Shown piece by piece: positions 11,689 through 23,507 of a stretch of DNA of 64,000 nt. Source of the DNA: Takakia lepidozioides. Taxonomy: Eukaryota > Plantae > Bryophyta. Both the position numbers and the translations under genes were made by a program. The notes under the pieces are model-generated. The model saw only the letters and a program-made list of their open reading frames with translations. It ran no database searches and was not told the DNA's origin. Location of the stretch: contig CM060731.1 in NCBI GenBank assembly GCA_030704615.1, positions 83,328,001 through 83,392,000 on the forward strand, written 5' to 3'. Each line of letters begins with the position of its first letter. The stretch's first letter is position 1.

Positions 11689-13262
11689 GCGAATGCGGCG
11701 CCGCATTTCCGTTAAGTACCATCACGAAGCTACACATCCGTACTTGTTGGAAGAAAATGCGGCACCGCATTTCCGTTCCACCTTCACATACCTTAGTTGT
11801 TGAACGGAAATACGGTGCCGCATTTCCGTCCCACAGCTCCATGTATGAGATACAAAAGGGAAATGCGGCGCCGCATTTCCGTTCTGGAATGTCGAAAGGT
11901 GCGATTCGGACGGAATGAGGCACAACATTTCAGTTCCCGTGGTTCATGATTTTCAATGTGAACGGAAATGCGGCACCGCATTTCCGTTCCCCCTTCACAT
12001 ACGTTAGTTGATGAACGGAAATGCCGTGCCACATTTCCGTTCGGGAAAGTATAGAGGTCTCACCTGGACAGAAATGCGGTGCCGCATTTCCGGTCTGGAA
12101 AGTTTGAAGGTCTCACATGGATGGAAATGCGGCACCACATTTCCGTACCACAGCTCCAGGCCCCATATACAAAACGGAAATGCGGCGCCGCATTTCCGTT
12201 CTAGAATGTCGGAAGGTGCGACTCGGACGGAAATGCGGTGCCGCATTTCTGTTCCCGTTGCGCACGATTTTCAGTCAGAACGGAAATGCGGTACCGCATT
12301 TCCGTTCTGTAGAGTATTAACGTCTGACGCTGGCGGAAATGTTGTGCCGCATTTTCGTTCCACAGCTCCATGCCTCACATACAAAACGGAAATGCGGCGC
12401 CGCATTTCCGTTTTGGAATGTCGGAAGGTGCGACTCCGACGGAAATGCGGTACCGCATTTCAGTTCCGATGTTTCAGGATATTTCATCAGAACGCAAATG
12501 CGGTGCCGCATTTCCGTTCTGGAATATGGGAGGTGCGACTCGGATGGAAATGCGCTGCCGCATTTCAGTTCCGATGGTTCACGATTTTCAGTCAGAACGG
12601 AAATGCGGTACCGCATTTCCGTTCTGGATAGTATGAATGTCTCAAGCGGTCGGAATTGCGCTGTCTCAAGCGGTCGGAATCGCACTCGGCTCCATGCATC
12701 AGATACAAAATGGAAATGCGGCGCCGCATTTCCGTTCTGGAATGTCGGAAAGTGCGACTCCGACAGAAATGCGGTGCCGCATTTCTGTTCCCGTTGTTCA
12801 TAATTCTCAATCAGAACGGAAATGCGGTACCGCATTTCCGTTCCACCTTCACATACCGTGCTTGTTGGATGGAAATGCGGTACCGCATTTCCGTTATGGA
12901 GAGTATGAATGTCTTTTAAGGACGGAAATGTGCTGCAGCATTTCTATCCCTCAGCTCCATGCATCAGATACAAAATGGAAATGCGGCGCCGCATTTCCGT
13001 TCTGGAATGTCGGAAAAGTGCGACTCGGACGGAAATGCGGTGCCGCATTTTGTTCCCGTTGTTCATAATTCTCAATCAAACGGAAATGCGGTACCGCATT
13101 TCCGTTCCACCTTCACATACCGTGCTTGCTGGATGGAAATGCGTTACCGCATTTCCGTTCTGGAGAGTATAAAGGTTTCCCCCGGACGGAAACTCGGTGC
13201 CGCATTTCCGTCGCTCTGGTGCATGACCAAGAAGCAATACGGAAATGCGGCGCCGTATTTCC
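11689..13262. repeat. Palindrome array 2: 29 copies (plus one disrupted) of the 22-bp palindrome at 53-bp period, with ~265-bp higher-order structure
   Basis: Starts 11689, 11753, 11806, 11859, 11912, 11964, 12017, 12070, 12123, 12176, 12229, 12282, 12335, 12388, 12441, 12494, 12546, 12599, 12712, 12765, 12818, 12871, 12924, 12977, 13031, 13082, 13135, 13188, 13241. Lies between the divergent ParB-MTase and transposase genes. Confidence 0.97.
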
Positions 13263-13675
13263 GTCCACCAGCAATCGAAAGAATCACTCGGGACGGGAAA
13301 TCTGGAACCTCAATGGGTTGCATTGTTCGAAACACACATTGCGGCCAGTCTTGATGAGCACAACTTGGTTGTCTGACCGTTTTAACTAACAGTCCTGGCA
13401 CTTGTCAGTGCGAACGTTCCTGTCTGCACCGAGAATACTGCTGGATCCACCCTCAGGAGAAACTGTCAGGAGATGTTATTTCGTCGCCGAATCGGCCATC
13501 ATTGTCATACTACTGGCTATGGAATCAAACCTCCCACCTTCATGCATGTAGCTTGAAACAATACTTTCCACTTCAATGTGCGACTTCCAATCGTCGATGG
13601 ACTCCGCATGGTGCCTGTGAGCCTTGGTCTGTCGCTATACTGAACCTCGCACTTGCCAACTCCGTGCGGTGTTCG

Positions 13676-16600
13676 ATGGCTCCGAATTCCTACGCTATAG
13701 TTTGCTGTCCTCCGGAACTTGGGAGAGCCTGGATCCCAAACGAGGGAGGACTTTGCAGAGTGACTGAAACTTACCTTTGTTCCAAATTCAAGCTCAAACC
13801 GGGCACAGTTTATTTGGAAGAAGAAAGGAAGGATGTTCCTGGACAGGTTGACGAGACCATTGTCGTGCTAGGTAACGACGGAGGTTGCGGAATCGAATGG
13901 CACGTTCCCCCATCAGACACCATCCTGTACCGAGCTGTGGGAATGCCCATTCCCTTTCCGAATCAGTCGCTGCCCACACCATCCACAAAGGAGTCCGGAA
14001 ACCGAGAGGCGGCCACTGCCAACAGAGAGGTATGCAACGATAATCATTCCCGACCTGGACCGTCAAGACCCTCCATAGCTTCTCGTGTGGACGTATTCGA
14101 CATTTCCGACGAGGAAGATGATTGCATTGAGGTACCCATGTCCTCCACACGGTCGTTCAAATCCGGCATGGACGTCTCTGTAGGTGCTACGCATGTGCCC
14201 TCGAGCATAACTCCAACCCGGTCCATTGTGCAGCTCCTACGACAACATCACCTCGATGGTTCTCGCTCCGAGCTGGCTGCTCTCGACTATGCCAAATTTC
14301 CAGTCAGAAAGGTAACGTTTCTGCCTCCCGAAGTCGATGGCAATGTCATCTTCGAGTTTCCACCTGTTTCTTCGTCAAACAAAGCCTCCGGGATGTTAAC
14401 AGACATGGATCGAAAGCATGACGGACACCCCTGGTGTGTGACGAAGACCAGTAGCACGAAAATTGCTGATGGTGTTCGTGTACGATATGTCCTCTGTGCG
14501 GGGAAGCTGAGGTGCCTCAATCCCACCTGCTTCCACTTTCTCTCCAAAGGAGGGGGAGAAACGAGACGGATTGGACTGGCACAACGCATCATCCATTCAT
14601 TGTCTCCAGCCAAGCTCCTGCGGGTTCTTTCAAGTGTGCACATTGCAAAGAACCACCGACGTGCATGTCCATGTGCAGAGCCAAGCAATATTACGTTATC
14701 CATTTGCTCCCGGACTTGACTAGAGCTTGCATACACGTTGGGGTCCACTGCCACCCCTTGGCGAGAGGCAACATGCGTGAGGCTGTGCAGGAAGCACACG
14801 ACATCATAAAAGAGGAGGTGAAATTGAGCCCCGGAGCAAGACCAAAGCAGATTCAGCTGAAGGCAGCCCACAAGATTGCTCTTGGCAAAATCATGTCTGA
14901 AGATGGTTCCGACCGAGAGCCCTTGACCGAAGACGAGATGCGTGACCTCTTGGAGTCCGTCTCGCACGTTTGTAGTCCGAATGTGCGGAATCACATCGTA
15001 TCTTGCAAGCAGGAGTTCGGCAGGGGGTCGGACATGTACTCAATCCTGGAGGTGAAACGAATGACTGGATATGACTACATCCAAGGTAGCAGGTTTCCAG
15101 GGCAAGGCAGCGAATCCGATCGTTGTTACATTTTCAAAATGTCGACGTGTGGGCCTGGGAGTGGAGTCGACTTGGTCACTCGCATGACAACTGGAAACTT
15201 GTCGAATGCTTGGGTGATGTTTGATCACATCAAGCGAATTACAAACCATCAGTGGGTGACTATGGGTGCGCATGTTTATGACTATCACTCCAAGAGGCTC
15301 ATGACGATTGCAATCTGCGAGATGAAAGGGGAGGACACACAGTCCGAGATGCATCTGTGGGAGGGCATAAACGAGCAGATGGCAAGGGGGGGATTGCCAG
15401 AGCCCAATTTCAGGGGATTCATGGCAGACAACGCTCAGGCCAACTGGGCAGCGGTGCGGCGTGTGTACGGTGAGGACCCCAATGTTCCAATGGAGGGGAA
15501 AGAGAGATCTGTGGATTCCATTGGATGCAGAGTCTATCCCACTACACTACCAAATTTGTTGCTAGCTCATTCCAGGCTGAACACCGTGTCCTTTGTACGG
15601 CGTGGAAGGATGCACCCACATTTGATGACGCGGAGGTTAAGTTTGCTATCATCGAGGCTTGGTGGAACACGTCAGGTGCAGTGGAGACAACCAATCTGGG
15701 AGCATTGCATAGCTGGTTGGGGTGGTGGCATTTTCGGTATCGACAGTTCGGACAGTACATGCGGGAGGTAGGCTGCTGTCAATTTCGTTCATTTGTCTTT
15801 CTGTTACGGACATTTCGATTGGTCCCTCACCATTGTTTGTGTCCTTCTAGGAGCGGTGCTTGGATTCCGACACGGACATGCCGAACACGAATATGGCAGA
15901 ATCGGTCCACTCCTCCTGGCGAGCGTCTTCTGCCGCACATCTGGTGGACGTAGTGACGGCCACAACGGAGGACATCGACAGAGCAATCATGCAGCAAGCC
16001 ACGTACTACAAGTTCTTGAGCGGCAAACAATGGGGCTTTGGGCCGGACAGGGAGGAATTGTTGGTACGAACAGCTTCGAGGTCCAAGAATCCAGTGAAAT
16101 GGGCGACAGCATTGCGAGAGAAGATCAAAGGGACGCCTCTGCACCGCAGAGGTGAACACCTAGAGGGGGACGTCCGGACTCGCCCTGTCAGGCGGAGGAT
16201 TGAAGAGGAACCCGGGTGCGAAGAGGATTCCTGGAGATCCGACAGGAACATTCAGGACAGCACCTCGAGGTCCCGTCATGTTGCCGCACAATGTGTCTTC
16301 CAGCAGTGGAAGCCCAAGAAATTCCAGATCGCCGTCGCCTTCAACCGGGGATTTCGTGCAAAAATTCCCACCGCTCCCTTGCCCCAGATTCCGCCCGCTG
16401 TTATGCAGTATGGCCAAGCCATTGTGGAGACGACTGTGTCTGCCTCACAGTGGAGAATTGCTCGCACAAAGCCGTCGTTTCGAGGAAGGTGTTCCGCAAT
16501 TCGTGTGGATACACGGCAACGTTGTTTAGAGATGATAAGGAGGAATCCAGATGGGGCTGTCCCTGCTCCTACTTTTACAGGAAGATTTGTCCATGCAAAG

Positions 16601-17281
16601 TTTGCGGAGGCGACAACCACCCAGTTCTGGTTCTGCAGGCACGACATTATGACTTGCGTGTATGGAAAGCCCAAGTACGGCATACAAACAATGCCAGAGG
16701 CTCCCCCGGTGTGGCCGGTGGAACCAGGCTGCGATCTGAGTCAGGTTGAGGCCGACGCCCTTACCGCCGCAGGATTTCGGATGGTGCAGCGCACTGACGT
16801 CCCCAGAGAACCATTTCCGCTTCCACAGCCTCCACCACCGACCCCTGTGAGAGCAAGAACAATGGGACACGACAGCTCTAAGCATCCTACACACCGTTGG
16901 GGGAAACCGAAGAGGCGGCGACCTCCCTCAAAAGTGAACGAGACAAGGATGGGGAATGCACTTCGGATGAACTGTACAATCCAGAGCTCGACAGAAGTGC
17001 CCCCACCAGGATTCGGGCGTGTGTATCAGATGGCCACGGCGGGCTCAGCTGTTCGCAATGAGGTGTACACCATCACCATTTCAGAATTACCCACCTGCAA
17101 TTGCACCGACTTCCAGATCATGGCGAACAAGGGGGCATCATACTGCCCTTGCAAGCATTTGTACTACGTGTACCTAAAGAGACTCCGTTGTAATTCCACA
17201 ACTCATCACTTCATACATGCACCAGGGTTGAGCCCCCAGGAGGTTCACACTCTTCTGAATATGGATCCAGGGGACCAGTGA
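13676..17281 (+). CDS. MULE/Mutator-type DDE transposase with N-terminal GCM/WRKY-like zinc domain and C-terminal SWIM finger (two apparent frameshifts, one intron)
   Basis: Catalytic segments VMFDHIKR (D1), GFMADNAQA (D2), CGFHW (CxxH, across a frameshift at ~15510) and NTNMAESVH (E). SWIM finger CNCTDF...CPCKHLYYV (~17065-17170). Phase-0 GT-AG intron 15768-15850 joins ORFs 15525- and 15860-. N-terminal DGHPW...RYVLCAGKLRCLNPTC...CAHC...C...HVGVHCHP, with a frameshift at ~14555. Confidence 0.85.
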
Positions 17282-18027
17282 GCTTGGCTTGCGGTCCCCA
17301 TACAATGGTACGCCCATCCTTTTCGGATAGTAGAACTGTACTGCTGCCAGTACCTCAGACTCTGGCCACAGAAAGGTCCGACATATGTCTTGCCTACCAG
17401 TAACCTGTTTTGCTCGAACTAAGATATTACTATATCGTTCACTTGTTTCCACGTGCATGTATTTTTGTATGTTGGAGGGTTCATGTTTTTCTGCTTTCCG
17501 AAAACTTGCTTTCCTCATTCGACCTCCGACAAGGAAATGCGGCGCCGCATTTCCAAGTATCGTCGTAGGTACTGGTAGAGGCGGCCTTCGCCAACACCAA
17601 ACCGCTCCGAAATTTTGCACGTGCGAACCCTAATGCGGCACCTTATTTCCCAGTTCAGTTGCAAACCTTTCCCGCCGAATACCCGAAGAAGACAGAATTG
17701 TGAAGTACTGCAGACTGTATTGGTGCAGACTCCATTGGTTCAATCGCGGCAAAAGGGTCAGCTTCATTCCAATGTTAAGGCATGTAAAACCGCGGAATAC
17801 TCTATACAGGCCAGTATGCGACGTCCTTTTGCAGTGGTATACTGGATTTCCCGTTGCACGGTCACTTATTTCCATGAGCGGATCTATAAAACCATGAGCG
17901 GACTTGTTACTGACGACATATCTTCGCCGCATTACATGATCTGGAACGTCCAAAAACGGCAAGGTCAAATAAAAAACTATTATTTTAATACTTGTTTAAT
18001 CTGCCGCATTTCCAAATTTGGAGGAGT

Positions 18028-18130
18028 CCGCTCATGAAATCCGCGTATCTTAGACTTCGGCTCACCGCTCATGCGGCTCATGCGGCTCATGGCTCATGGC
18101 TCATGGTTTCTGCTCATGAAATAGTAAACC
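18028..18130. repeat. Putative right terminus of the MULE with (GCTCAT) subterminal mini-repeats
   Basis: ctcaccgctcatgcggctcatgcggctcatggctcatggctcatggtttctgctcatgaaatagtaaacc immediately before Gypsy pol resumes at 18131. Confidence 0.6.
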
Positions 18131-21100
18131 TCAGAGAGTATGACTGGAGAGGAGGACTGGATGAGGAGCAGGAAGCTACCATATTTGCTGCACACCCAGA
18201 GTGGGAGCAGGTTGCAGAGATGCGGCTGGAAAGCCTAAGTTGTTTAAGAGGTATCTGCTGTGGTGTAGTGTTAACAACACCGATTGAAGAGGAAACCAGC
18301 AGTTACCCATCACATTTCTATGAAGAAAAATAAGGAGAAATGGAAATCCTAGAGGAACCAGCTACTGTGAGTTTACAGGATGAAGTGGTGACTGGTTGGA
18401 CAATCACAGCTGATGAGCAAGTGAGGGAAGTGAATGTGGGAACTAAAGAGGAACCGAGGATGGTGAAGGTAGGAGCTGATTTGGAGCCAGAATTCTTTGA
18501 AGAAGCTAAGAGTTTGTTCATCAAATACAGAGATGTATTTGCTTGGAGCTATGAGGATTTAAAAATGATACCACTTGAAATCTGTCAGCATAAGATTGAA
18601 CTGGAACCGGGGTCAGTACCAATCAAGTAGGCAAGGTACAGAATGAATCCCAATTACGCACAGAAGGTTGGAGAAGAGATCAAGAAGTTGTCTGAGGCTA
18701 AGTTTATATACCCAATAGAGTATACAACTTGGTTGTCACCCATTGTGATAGTTCCCAAGAAGAATGGTTAAACTAAGAGTTTGTGTGAACTACAAGAAGC
18801 TGAATGCTTGTACGAAGAAAGATCCTTTCCCTTTGCCATTCACAGAAGCAGTATTAGACACTGTGGCAGGCCATGAGATGTACTCATTCATGGATGGGTT
18901 CAGTGGTTATAATCAAGTGCAAGTGGCAGAAGAAGACCAAGGAAAAACAGCTTTCATCACAGACTGGGGTGCTTATGCATACAAAGTCATGCCCTTTGGA
19001 CTTTGTAATGCACCAGCGACCTTTCAGAGAGTGATAAGTGAATCTTTTCATGAGTATTTGGATGATTTCATGCAGGTATTCTAGGATGATTTCAATGTGT
19101 ACAACTCTAAGAATGAGCACTTACATAAATTGGAGTTATGTCTGGCTAGATGCAGGATGAGAGGTCTGGGGCTGAATCCAGAGAAGTGTACTTTCTGTGT
19201 GAACTCAGGGGTGCTTCTGGGACACATTGTGTGTAAGAGGGGACTTCTTGTGGATCCCAAGAAAACAGAGGCCATTAAAGCCTCTCCACCACCAGTGAAT
19301 GTTAAGAGTCTAAGGAGATTCCTTGGGCAAACCAGTTATTACAGAAGATTTGTCAGACGGTATGCACAGATAACAGCACCATTGAGCAAACTTCTGAAGA
19401 AAGATGCAGTGTTTGCATGGACAGCTGAATGTCAACAGGCTTTTGAGGAACTTACATTGTCAGTAACAACTACACCTGTGCTGATTAGTCCTCACTGGCA
19501 GGAAATATTTCATGTTCACTGTGATGCTTCTGGAGAAGCACTAGGAGCAGTGTTAGCCCAAAATGTAACAAGAAGGATAGATTCACCTGTGTACTATGCT
19601 AGCCAATTGATGAACAATGCCGAAAGAAATTATAGCACAACGGAAAGAGAAGCATTGGCAATGATCTATGCAGTGAAGAAATTCAGGCAGTACCTGTTGG
19701 GCAAGAAGTTTATGTTCTATGTGGATCACCAGGCTCTGATATACCTGGTTAAACAACATCTGATAAGCGGGAAGAATAGCAAGATGGTTGATAATCTTGC
19801 ACGAGTTGAGTTCGAGGTGTTTACAAGCCTGAGAGACTGCATCTTGTGGCGGATCACTTATCACGGTTATCAACAGGAGAACCAGCCACGGGAGTAGATG
19901 ATCAATTACCAGATGCGAGTCTATTTGCAGTGGAGGTGCAGGGAAGTGCAGATGACTGGTTAGATTGGCAGTGGCCAATCAGATACTACCTTGCTCATGG
20001 TCAGTGCCCACCAAGTTATGGAAAGGAGCAGAGAAAGAGAATTGCTATCAAGGCTCTACCTTACACTATGGTAGGGAGCAGAATGTATAAGCTAGGACCA
20101 GATGGAGTGCTGAAGCGATGCTTATACCACCATGAAGTTAATAAAGTTTTGGAGGAAGTTCATAAAGGAGTGGCAGAAGGTCATTTTGGAGAAGAGACTA
20201 CCAGCAGGAAAATACTACATGCAGGTTACTGGTGGCCTACTTTGTTCAAAGATGTACACAAGTATTGTCAGAGTTGTGATGAATGTCAGAGGCTAGGACC
20301 TTTGCAGAGATCTGGGAAAATGGCTTTGCATCCTACAATGCCTACGGAACCATTTCAGAAATGGGGACTAGACTTTGTTGGACCAATTAACCCACCAGCC
20401 AAGAATACACAGAACAGGTACATAATTACAGCCACTGATTATACTACGAAGTGGGTGGAAGCTAAAGCTTTGAGGGACAACACAGCCAAGTCCACAGCAA
20501 GGTTTCTGTATGAGAACATACTTACACGATTTGGCTGTCCCTTGGAATTTATCAGTGATCAGGGAAGTCACTTCATTAATGAGACCATTGAATTATTGAC
20601 TAAAGAGTTCATGATTGTGCATAGAAAGATTACAACATATTACCCACAGGGTAATGGGCAGGCAGAGGCTACCAACAAAATACTATGTACTATCTTGACT
20701 AAGATAGTCAATGCAAACAGAACGGATTAGGATACAAAGCTGCTGACAGCTTTGTGGTCATACAGGACTTCATATAAAGTCACCACTAAGTATACACCAT
20801 TCCAATTAGTTTATGGTATGGAAGCTTTACTTCCAGTGGAATTCCTGTTACCTACCATGAGAACGGAATGGGGAAAGAGAATGGAATTGCAAGATTCCAT
20901 TAAGGTCAGGAAACGTGAATTATACCATGTGGAAGAAGTACGTGCTGATGCAGCTGATAATATGACCAGAATTCAGATGAAGAGGAAGGAACAGTTTAAT
21001 GAAGGCAAGTTAAAGACTTTTAAGACGGGAGATTTGGTTCTATGGTTGCAGAAGAAGGGAAAGATTAAAGCTTCTAAGCTTAAATCACCATGGAAAGGAC

Positions 21101-23507
21101 CTTATGTCATACAGAAGATGTATGATAACAACACCGCCATGTTACAAACCATTAACAAAGAAATGCTGGGAAGAGTCAATGCCAATAAGTTGAAGGGTAC
21201 AGTGGTATCCATGACAAACCATTACAGCATGATTTGCATGTTGAAACGCAAAGGCCGTCACGGGCTGCGCCAGTGTTACCAACGGAATATGGAGCACTTG
21301 TCGCTAGGCCGAGCATATATGACCGGGGCGGGCAGAACAAGCGCGACATAGCCTATCACAGCCCATCAAGGCGCGACACAGCCTATCACAGCCCATCAAG
21401 GCACGACACAGCCTATCACAGCCCATCAAGGCACGACACAGCCTATCACAGCCCATCAAGGCGCGACACAGCATATCACAACCTACCACAGCGTGTCACA
21501 GCCTATCACAGCTTACCACAGTGTATCACAGCCTATCACGGCATACCACAGTATGACACAGCCTGTCACAGCTTAACACAGCCTACTAGGGTTACACAAT
21601 CCATAGAATAAGTGACAGGTGGACACAGGATAACTTCAGGGAAATGGCCGGCGGAAGAAAGGACGGAAGTCAGTTTAGAAAGGGACACGTGGAAGTCAGG
21701 GCGCAACACACAGCTGAGAAGGAAGTGCAAGAACAGATCTCATCAAGAAAGAGGACAAGAATGGCCGTCAAAATACCTAATCAGCGCGTCAATTTGGATG
21801 AATGGCGGGCCATTAATGAATACAGAAAAGGGGCAACGGAACAAACGACAAGTACAGAAAAGCGAAATTCTTGTCACATGTGTTATCCTAGTGGACAGTC
21901 CAGCAGGGAAAGTCCACTAAAGAAAATTAAATCTAAAATCCAGTCACAGCGGTTACAGCCAATCGAAAGCCAGAGAAGGGATCACGAAATTGGAGGGAAA
22001 TTTAAGCGCAAGAGTCGGCGTCGTTCTAAGTAACGGGCGTCGTGACGGGGACACCATCAATGCGATAGCTTTTGAAGCTATGGAGGAACTAACAGACTAT
22101 TACGCTCGCAATATTACTTACGCAGTGCATAGGACAAGAAAGAACAGAACGGAATCTTTCTCTTGATCGATGCTTGCAAAGCCCCGCAGGCTTACAAGAA
22201 ATTACCCATAGCTTTTTGTGGCAACCATACGTTTATGCTTTGTGCACTACAGGCATTTCTTCAATTGTTACAGCCAAAACATTTTTGTGGGTCTAGAATG
22301 AAGAGAGTGAGGAGGAATGGAAGAAAGAAATCAGGGTGAAGAGCACCACACATCCTGCAGAAACAAACGATTGCTACTCCACGGCGGATTAGAAGTTACT
22401 GAAAGAGTTGCGATTAGAAGGATTGCAAAGCAAAGATTGGACATTGCACCATAGACAGTACATGTTACAATTCTTGCAGAACTTTGAGCCAAGGACATGA
22501 GCAACAATGGTGAAGGGAGTGAATTACTAATTACTCCCCTATACCTACAGCAATTGTTCGATTGCCAGCAGGCCAGGTGCATGTGGAGGGCACAGGGCAG
22601 ACTGCAAATAGGGGACTTATTCCAAGAAGGGAGTTTCTTTAAAACTCAGGGTTGATTGTACCAAGGCGGTGTACCCAGGGCTAAGAGAGGTAGGCCAGGT
22701 ATTGAACGTTCTGTTTGCCATGAAACAGAACCAACAGTATTTGAGCAGATCCTTCACAGAAGAAATACTCAAAGCCCTGAGAGGAGAAGAGGTAGAATGG
22801 GCGGACATAATGTACAACGCACTGGTAGAGGAGATGAAAAGATTACAGGGTACTGCCGCCCAAAGTCTCCTATCATAGTGTCTGGCCCAATTATTGCTCA
22901 AATAATTCTTGATTCTGGGCATACTTGATGTGCGAGAAAGAAGGAGATAGGAGTGTTTTGAGCCAGAAACCACTTGCAATGGAAGAGCAAGGCGCTTCAC
23001 ACAGTGAGGGTGGGACTGGCAGGGCAACCAAGACTAAGAGACAGAGACGGGAAAGACTTGTAGTGGCGGATCCACTGGCTTCACGGAATCCGCATGATAA
23101 TGTTTCCCAAGCTCTTGTGCAGAAAGGGGCACATCAGCACAGAAAACTGCTATTACTGGAAGCAGGACCTTCAGAGAGGGAAGAGGAAGTTACTTCAGTA
23201 TCACAGCCATCACAGCCAGATGATCGGCTTGTCACAAAGTTACCACAAGTTGTCCATGCAGTTCAACCAGAAAATAATTGATTTAGAAAAGAAGGGTTAG
23301 ATATTCCCACTACAGAAACAGGGTGGCAGAAATTGAGAAGGGGGGACCTTCTCTATGAATATTCTGGTATGGTCAGGACACAGTGATTCCGGAGGTGCAA
23401 CGGTTGTCCAGGGGAAACCCTGCGGCGCATATAATACACACACCTGTGACGGAGGTACCACAGGTAGAATGCCAAGACACTGCAGCATCAGTGACGGATG
23501 GAGAGGT
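18131..23507 (+). mobile_element. Gypsy copy B, RT-RNaseH-integrase and first part of the 3' extension (degenerate)
   Basis: Collinear with 47013-52445 of F: RT (YSFMDGFSGYNQ, FLDDF), RH (CDASG), INT (WGLDFVGP, SDQGSHF, GNGQAE). Several stop codons and frameshifts. Confidence 0.95.

Larger units (their letters stand above)
3552..18130. mobile_element. Large Mutator-like (MULE) DNA transposon with cargo genes; left part interrupted by copy A, left end outside the window
   Basis: MULE transposase at 13676-17281; one palindrome motif dispersed from 4116 to ~18010 unifies the region; abrupt junction at 18130/18131 into the middle of a Gypsy gag-pol (tcagagagtatgactgg, matching ~47013 of F). Right end read inward is GGTTTACTATTTCATGAG. 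Confidence 0.75.

Noticed and set aside
11689-13262. Bona fide CRISPR array
   Set aside because: Geometry is CRISPR-like, but spacers recur in ~5 related classes as a higher-order repeat, no cas gene is recognisable, the context is eukaryotic, and the same motif occurs singly in introns.
11645-13401. Many ORFs with EMRxRIS / KCGxAFP / GNAxPHF repeats (also 5200-6169)
   Set aside because: Translations of the DNA palindrome in all six frames; a 53-bp period is not a multiple of three.
3552-18130. Bacterial plasmid/phage contamination, Helitron or CACTA identity
   Set aside because: Spliceosomal introns and nesting with plant-type Gypsy elements argue against contamination; no Rep/helicase or CACTA termini; catalytic motifs fit MULE.
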